A stretch of DNA of 37,874 bases from assembly GCA_964362485.1 (NCBI GenBank), contig CAYIEX010000001.1:1-37874 (forward strand). The letters are read 5' to 3'. The notes beneath the pieces are model-generated. The model was given only the letters and a program-made list of their open reading frames with translations, was not told where the DNA came from and ran no database searches. Both the position numbers and the translations under genes were made by a program. This document shows positions 33,166 to 37,874 of the stretch, piece after piece; the first letter of the stretch is position 1; each line of letters begins with the position of its first letter. Origin of the DNA: an uncultured Methanosarcinales archaeon. GTDB lineage: Archaea > Nanobdellota > Nanobdellia > Woesearchaeales > GW2011-AR9.

Positions 33166-34244
33166 AATTTGCAATAATCTCGCTTGGTAGTAAAAGTTCC
33201 TTGATGGTAGCGGAAGCTGCAAAGAAGTATTTTGAACAAGTGGAGCTTATTGATCTGAAGCATATTGAAGTTCGTCTAGGAAAAGACGGTGGGATTTTTT
33301 ATCAGAATAAACCATTTGAGAATTATGACTGTGTCTATGTCAAAGGATCGTTTCGCTATGCTAACTTATTACAATCAATTGCAGCCATGCTTCAAGGCAA
33401 AATCCCATATATGCCGCTTCCTGCGCACTCGTTTAATACTGTCCATAATAAATTATTAACCCATCTTGTTTTGCAACAGCATAATTTACCTATGCCAAAA
33501 ACCTATATTCCGTCAACGACGGAAGCGGCACGCGAATTGTTGAAAAAAGTAAGTTATCCTATTGTCATGAAATTTCCAGAGGGAACGCAAGGAAAAGGAG
33601 TAATGTTTGCTGATTCTTATGGTTCGGCCTCATCGCTGCTTGATGCACTCGGAGCGCTTAACCAACCGTTTATTATTCAGGAATATATTGAAACCGGAGG
33701 CACGGATATTCGCGTCTTGGTTGTGGGTGACCGCGTAGTGGGGGCTATGAAACGCAAAGCGCAAACAGAGGAAAAAAGGGCAAATATTCATGCCGGCGGG
33801 ACAGGACAAAGTGTTCAGCTTAGTAGAGAAGTGATTAATCTTGCAATCGATGCCGCGCAAGCATTGCAGGTAGGAATTTGTGGGGTCGACATTCTTGAAG
33901 GGCCACGCGGACCACTGGTAATTGAAGCGAATATATCCCCAGGATTACAGGGGTTAAGCAAAGTTGTTACCATTGATGTTGCTGATGAGATTGCGCAATT
34001 TCTCGCTGAGAAAACTTCCCAGGCACTTGGAATCAAAAAGGATAAAGTCACCAAAGAGATGCTTGATGAAATCACAAAAGATGGTCCAAAAGAAGGTCAA
34101 GAGGTGGTTACCAAATTAACTTTTCGGGGTGAGCGTATCTTGCTTCCTGAATTCGTAACACGCATTGCAGATTTTAGTGATCGCAAAGAATATAGTGTGA
34201 AAGCGGAAAAAGGTAGACTTGAAATTAATGAACCTAAAAAATAG
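33162..34244 (+). CDS. rimK: RimK-family ATP-grasp alpha-L-glutamate ligase with a ~70-aa C-terminal extension
   Basis: 360 aa with YPIVMKFPEGTQGKGV, IIQEYIE..GTDIRVLVVGDRVVGAMKR, NIHAGG and GVDILE...GPLVIEANISPGL. Its start overlaps the upstream stop (ATGA at 33162-33165). Confidence 0.8.
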   Translation: MKFAIISLGSKSSLMVAEAAKKYFEQVELIDLKHIEVRLGKDGGIFYQNKPFENYDCVYVKGSFRYANLLQSIAAMLQGKIPYMPLPAHSFNTVHNKLLTHLVLQQHNLPMPKTYIPSTTEAARELLKKVSYPIVMKFPEGTQGKGVMFADSYGSASSLLDALGALNQPFIIQEYIETGGTDIRVLVVGDRVVGAMKRKAQTEEKRANIHAGGTGQSVQLSREVINLAIDAAQALQVGICGVDILEGPRGPLVIEANISPGLQGLSKVVTIDVADEIAQFLAEKTSQALGIKKDKVTKEMLDEITKDGPKEGQEVVTKLTFRGERILLPEFVTRIADFSDRKEYSVKAEKGRLEINEPKK

Positions 34245-34278
34245 AAATGAAAGAAATATTGCAAATAGATCTTAATGA

Positions 34279-34563
34279 TTAACGCTTCGTTTTTCTCTTG
34301 AAAGATTTTGGTTTTGTACTCTCAGTGGTTGTTGTAATTTCAATGGGAGGAGCAATGGTCTTATCTTTTTTGAAGAAGAGAAGATAAATTATAGAAAGTA
34401 GTCCCAGGGTGTTGAAAATAAAGATAGCGATGAACCATCCTTTTTGTTCATTCTTACCAGAATACCATAACCCAACGCCTTTCCATATAAGAGACCAGAG
34501 TATAATAGCAATAAAGAACGCAATTCCCCACCAAGGCCGAGTCATGTAAAGATCGTAAATCAT
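34279..34563 (-). CDS. DUF5652-like small membrane protein
   Basis: 94 aa with WSLIWKGVGLWYSGKNEQKGWFIAIFIFNTLGLLSIIYLLF. Confidence 0.6.
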   Translation of the reverse strand: MIYDLYMTRPWWGIAFFIAIILWSLIWKGVGLWYSGKNEQKGWFIAIFIFNTLGLLSIIYLLFFKKDKTIAPPIEITTTTESTKPKSFKRKTKR

Positions 34564-34722
34564 ATGTTCACCAGAGAGTAAACAGGAGTAGCCTTTTTAT
34601 GCTTTGTGGGATTCCAATAGGATCTTTTTTGCATAGCCATACCATAATGATTTCTCTACTGCTCTTGGGTAAAACAAACTTTATAAGGAAGAGCTTTACT
34701 CTATTTTTAAAATGGAGGGGAG

Positions 34723-35958
34723 ATGATGCTAACAGCAAGGCCATTTGATCACCGACAATTGTATGTTATTTCTGGACCAGTTGGAGCGGGTAAGACCACA
34801 CAAGTTGAGCAATTTTTGGATAGACTTGTTGATAGCGATTACCGACGCAATGGAAATGTTGTGGTCGTAAGACATCCCGCTGACGATTGCAATCCACACA
34901 CCATTGGACGCCACCAGGTTAGTGTTGCAGATAGTGTTGATGAAATTGCCAGAAGAATATCAGATCACACTGAAACGGTTATCGTTGTTGGCGCTTCTCA
35001 TTATTCAGATTCTCGAATTGTTGACCTTGCTGACGCGGTTGTACGCAGTGGACGAAAAATGGTGGTGTCAGGATTAAACTTGGATGTGAATAGTCAACCA
35101 CATGGGTTTATGCCGGAACTAATGGCAATATCATCACATGTAAAAGTTAGAAAGTCGATTTGTCATAGTTGTGGAGATGAGTCGGCAACTCGCAGTGTTC
35201 GTATCAAAGATACCTATCTTCCAAGCTGTACTCATCATGCAGCACATCCAGATTTACCCGCCATTGCTTCAGGAAAAGGCGGTTCGTTATCACTTTATTT
35301 AGGGCCGATGTTTGCCGGAAAATCGACAGAATGGTCACGAGAAATTGAAAAGTTAGCAAATGCGGGACGCAGTCCAATTGTGTTCAAATACTTAGGAGAT
35401 ACCCGGGATGGGTCCGAAGGAAAACGTGTCTACGATGTTGGTGAAGTTACAATTCATAGCGGTAAACGACAGCCGGCGATTTGTGTTCGAGACGCCCAGG
35501 ATATTACTGCTTATCTGCAAGATCATCCTCGGCAAAAGGATATTGCTCTTGATGAAGGGCAATTTATTGTTGGACTTTATGATTTTGTACTTTCATCTCT
35601 AGAAAAAGGCTATCGCTTTCATATCACGGGATTACCGCGTGGTTTCAATCGAGGTTCGTTTGGAGATATTCCAAAACTCATGTGCCTGGCCGATAATATC
35701 GAGATGAACTACGCGATGTGTGTTCATGAAAACGGGCATGGTCGATGCGGTCATCCGGCAACTGAGAATCAACGATTGAAAAAAGGAGAGGATGGAAGTG
35801 TTAGTGTTGCACACGCTCGTGATCCACTAGAATTAATTGGTGGGAAAGACCAAGCAGGAGCAAGTTATTTCTATGAAGCGCGATGTCTAAAGCATTGGCG
35901 GTTGGATGGAGAGAAAAAAAGAGGTTATTCTTTTACACCGTTTGATTATTCATCGTAA
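34723..35958 (+). CDS. tdk: Tandem (fused) thymidine kinase: degenerate N-terminal TK-like domain plus intact C-terminal TK domain
   Basis: 411 aa. Domain 2 (aa ~188-395) has GPMFAGKST, ALDEGQF, TGLPRGFNRGSFG, Cys/His zinc-site residues and YEARCLKH. Domain 1 (aa ~12-172) has GPVGAGKT, SGLNLDVNSQPHGFMPEL and CHSCGDESATRSVR, but VVGASHY replaces DE.QF. The SD-like GGAGG lies upstream. Confidence 0.75.
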   Translation: MMLTARPFDHRQLYVISGPVGAGKTTQVEQFLDRLVDSDYRRNGNVVVVRHPADDCNPHTIGRHQVSVADSVDEIARRISDHTETVIVVGASHYSDSRIVDLADAVVRSGRKMVVSGLNLDVNSQPHGFMPELMAISSHVKVRKSICHSCGDESATRSVRIKDTYLPSCTHHAAHPDLPAIASGKGGSLSLYLGPMFAGKSTEWSREIEKLANAGRSPIVFKYLGDTRDGSEGKRVYDVGEVTIHSGKRQPAICVRDAQDITAYLQDHPRQKDIALDEGQFIVGLYDFVLSSLEKGYRFHITGLPRGFNRGSFGDIPKLMCLADNIEMNYAMCVHENGHGRCGHPATENQRLKKGEDGSVSVAHARDPLELIGGKDQAGASYFYEARCLKHWRLDGEKKRGYSFTPFDYSS

Positions 35959-36615
35959 GTTGGCTTGAGTTTGAGAGTTCATATCGACTGGTGAACAAAG
36001 TTGATTCATAAAGTCATTTCCTCTTTGGGATGCAATTGTAGTGGCGCTATCTGAATCAATGACTTCAATATAGTGCGAGAGGGGATTAACATAACGAGGA
36101 TCAATAGAAACACAGTCAACGATAATACGACGGTTGCGTTCGAGTTCTCGATAACGTACTTCGACGAAATGCCCATCTTTAAATTCTCTCCAGCGAGTAA
36201 TACTTGAGTTGCGGTGATTGTCGCTTGCAGGAGAAAAGGTTATGTGCTCATCACCAAATGAAAAAGTTAGATCCTGGTGTCGTGAATAATCCCAAGAGAC
36301 TTCGCCATCATGCGAATAATGGTTAATGCGAGCTTCAAGTTCTTTTTTTAAGCAGCCAAATTCTTTTTGAGCGATTGTTAAATCGGAATACCTTGTCCGC
36401 CATATCTTGGAATGTGTTGAACCATTGTAAAGGCTCATACTTCCATAGAGAATAACGTTAGCCTCATCACGTTGTTCAAGGGTAAGAAAAGCACGATAGG
36501 ACTCGCTTTGCGCAAATAAATTTTCATGGACACAACCAGGAAGAATGGATAGTGGATCTTTGTCCTCTCGAACGATGATGGTATGATCATGTCCATTATC
36601 AATTTGAAGATGCAT
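35950..36615 (-). CDS. Hypothetical protein
   Basis: 221-aa ORF. The TATA-like gttaaaaac is centred about 25 nt upstream of the ATG. Its 3' end overlaps tdk by 9 nt. Confidence 0.5.
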   Translation of the reverse strand: MHLQIDNGHDHTIIVREDKDPLSILPGCVHENLFAQSESYRAFLTLEQRDEANVILYGSMSLYNGSTHSKIWRTRYSDLTIAQKEFGCLKKELEARINHYSHDGEVSWDYSRHQDLTFSFGDEHITFSPASDNHRNSSITRWREFKDGHFVEVRYRELERNRRIIVDCVSIDPRYVNPLSHYIEVIDSDSATTIASQRGNDFMNQLCSPVDMNSQTQANLR

Positions 36616-36658
36616 AAAGCTATCATAGATGAACTGTTTTTAACCTTTGTGGTACAGA

Positions 36659-36885
36659 GGCTCTGTAGAAAATCTTTAGCGAACCACCATGGGCTCAACT
36701 TTTTTCGCTGAAAAACCTGATGACGCTATGCACCCGTAGGGACCAACACCGCATAACGCGTTGGACATTCTATCGCAGAAAAAGTCACCTGAGGCCGCTG
36801 GTGCAAGAAAATAAACAACGATTTATTTTCTGCACAGAAATGAATGCAATGCGTTCATTTCTGGTGGTACTTTTTCTACAGAGCG
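36659..36885. mobile_element. Candidate MITE-like non-autonomous element (alternative: ~220-nt structured RNA closed by a 12-bp terminal stem)
   Basis: The terminal inverted repeats are ggCTCTGTAGAAAA (36659-36672) and TTTTCTACAGAGcg (36872-36885), with 13/14 complementary. They are flanked by the direct repeat GGTACAGA at 36651-36658 and 36886-36893. There is no transposase. Confidence 0.3.
36806..36863. repeat. Two adjacent perfect 10-bp hairpins/palindromes
   Basis: AGAAAATAAA-caacga-TTTATTTTCT (36806-36831) and CAGAAATGAA-tgcaatgcg-TTCATTTCTG (36835-36863), followed by T5 at 36871-36875. Confidence 0.85.
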
Positions 36886-36937
36886 GGTACAGAAACATTT
36901 TAAAATGAATGAGCTATGATTGCAACGAGGTGAAATT

Positions 36938-37333
36938 ATGGTTGATGATGCTACAATGGCAGGGGCAATGGTAGGAGTTCTCTTAGGTTTGGGAGTGTTT
37001 ATGTTTGTTTTAGTTGCAGCAGTATATGTTTACTCTTCTCTTGCTCTTATGACCATTGCAAAGAAGTTGAATATGGAAAAGCCATGGATGGCCTGGATTC
37101 CTTTTGTGAATTTGTATTTGATGGTTAAAATGGCAAACGTCCCGGTGTGGTCTCTACTTGGAGTGTTACTTATTTTTGTGCCATTTATTGGACCATTTGT
37201 ATTAGTTGGCCTCATGGTTTGGTGGTGGTGGAAAATTTGTGAAAATCTTGGTAAACCAAATTGGTGGGGAATTCTCATGGTCGTTCCATTGATTGGGCTT
37301 GTCATGATGGGAATTTTAGCATGGGGAAAGTAG
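36938..37333 (+). CDS. DUF5684-like small membrane protein
   Basis: WMAWIPFVNLYLMVKMANVPVWSLL...ICENLGKPNWWGILMVVPLIGLVMMGILAWGK. SD GAGGTGA (36927-36933) precedes ATG 36938. The track start TTG 36920 is less likely. Confidence 0.6.
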   Translation: MVDDATMAGAMVGVLLGLGVFMFVLVAAVYVYSSLALMTIAKKLNMEKPWMAWIPFVNLYLMVKMANVPVWSLLGVLLIFVPFIGPFVLVGLMVWWWWKICENLGKPNWWGILMVVPLIGLVMMGILAWGK

Positions 37334-37343
37334 GTTTCTCTCG

Positions 37344-37372
37344 TTTTTACTTTTTTTGATTATCTTTTTTTT
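37344..37372 (+). terminator. Oligo-T terminator region
   Basis: T5, T7 and T8 runs lie within 30 nt after the stop codon. Confidence 0.45.
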
Positions 37373-37424
37373 ATTATCTTTATTATTCTTAACCAACACA
37401 CCACTGTATTATCCTTAACCAAAA

Positions 37425-37434
37425 CCTATTTAAC
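37425..37434 (+). promoter_or_regulatory. BRE/TATA element of the enolase gene
   Basis: ccaaaaCCTATTTAAC is centred about 32 nt upstream of ATG 37462. Confidence 0.5.
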
Positions 37435-37461
37435 TTCTCGAGTTATCCTTCTTTTTGGTAG

Positions 37462-37874
37462 ATGGCAATTATTAAATCAATTCAAGCTAGACAAATTCTT
37501 GATAGTCGAGGTAATCCTACCGTTGAAGTCGAGATGACTATCTCTTCGGGAACTGTTCGAACATCTGTTCCGACAGGTGCGAGTACGGGAAAACATGAAG
37601 TGTGGGAACTGCGGGATCAGGGGAAGGCGTATCTTGGCCTTGGTGTAGAAAAGGCCGTGCGGAACGTTAATACAGTTATCGCTCAGAAATTACGGGGTAA
37701 AGATTGCTGTAAGCAACGAGAAATTGATCAACTATTAATCAAATTGGACGGGACGGCGAATAAGACAAAAATGGGGGCGAATGCACTTCTTGCAGTTTCG
37801 CTTGCCTGTATGAAAGCTGGTGCGCTGGCTTCTCAAATACCACTCCATGAGTATATCGCTACTCTAAGCGGCCG
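37462..37874 (+). CDS. eno: Enolase, N-terminal part (runs off the window)
   Basis: Absent from the ORF track because it is truncated. Translation gives [52 protein letters not shown]...[17 protein letters not shown]. Confidence 0.9.
   Translation, partial: MAIIKSIQARQILDSRGNPTVEVEMTISSGTVRTSVPTGASTGKHEVWELRDQGKAYLGLGVEKAVRNVNTVIAQKLRGKDCCKQREIDQLLIKLDGTANKTKMGANALLAVSLACMKAGALASQIPLHEYIATLSG

Noticed and set aside
36717-36792. Possible C/D-box sRNA (CUGAUGA at 36717-36723, CUGA at 36789-36792)
   Set aside because: The C-to-D distance (~70 nt) is too long. There are no internal D'/C' boxes and no terminal stem. Similar weak box-like strings at 31187-31193, 26208-26222 and 32680-32745 fail for the same reasons.
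36775-36896. RNase P RNA-like strings: GCAGAAAAAGUCACC (CR-I-like, 36775-36789) and ACAGAAAC (CR-V-like, 36889-36896)
   Set aside because: The two segments cannot form a P4 helix. The sequence after ACAGAA is AU-only and not complementary to AAGUCACC. Only ~100 nt of AT-rich hairpins separate them, and no other conserved regions were seen. I also saw no SRP RNA helix-8 motifs (GGAA tetraloop with AGCA) on either strand.
1-37874. CRISPR arrays, rRNA genes, transposases/integrases and stop-codon reassignment
   Set aside because: I saw no regularly spaced direct repeats, no rRNA-like conserved blocks and no DDE/tyrosine-recombinase-like ORFs. Long uninterrupted ORFs with standard stops tile the window at high density, so there is no sign of an alternative genetic code.

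Overview
This window reads as a dense chromosomal segment of an AT-rich archaeon. Archaeal markers are TFB, GatD, Taw3, TrmI, AMP phosphorylase, a TrmB regulator, BHB-type tRNA introns, and TATA/BRE-like boxes about 26-30 nt upstream of many start codons, which implies mostly leaderless mRNAs. The many ORFans and small DUF-type membrane proteins (DUF5652-, DUF5684- and DUF1003-like) fit a small-genome, DPANN-like lineage; that taxonomy is inference only. I support about 45 protein genes, 3 tRNA genes and no rRNA. I see no CRISPR array, transposase, integrase or recognisable defence enzyme apart from a HEPN-like/nucleotidyltransferase pair. No clearly new multi-gene system is demonstrable from sequence alone.

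The observations most worth a second look are:
1. Two tRNA-Glu isoacceptor genes share a non-canonical D-loop intron at the same site with an identical 17-nt junction. One of them also has a T-loop intron, so 3 tRNA genes carry 4 introns.
2. A 227-bp intergenic element (36659-36885) has terminal inverted repeats flanked by 8-bp direct repeats. It could be MITE-like or a terminal-stem ncRNA.
3. A fused tandem thymidine kinase has a degenerate N-terminal copy.
4. A tandem HIT protein lacks the nucleophilic histidine in both copies.
5. A Hanks-type kinase carries a large, internally duplicated, unassigned C-terminal region.
6. An ORFan block (25.4-32.3 kb) next to the tRNA-Glu genes includes a 620-aa protein with a C-terminal methyltransferase-like domain.

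All family assignments come from motif recognition by eye. No database search was run.
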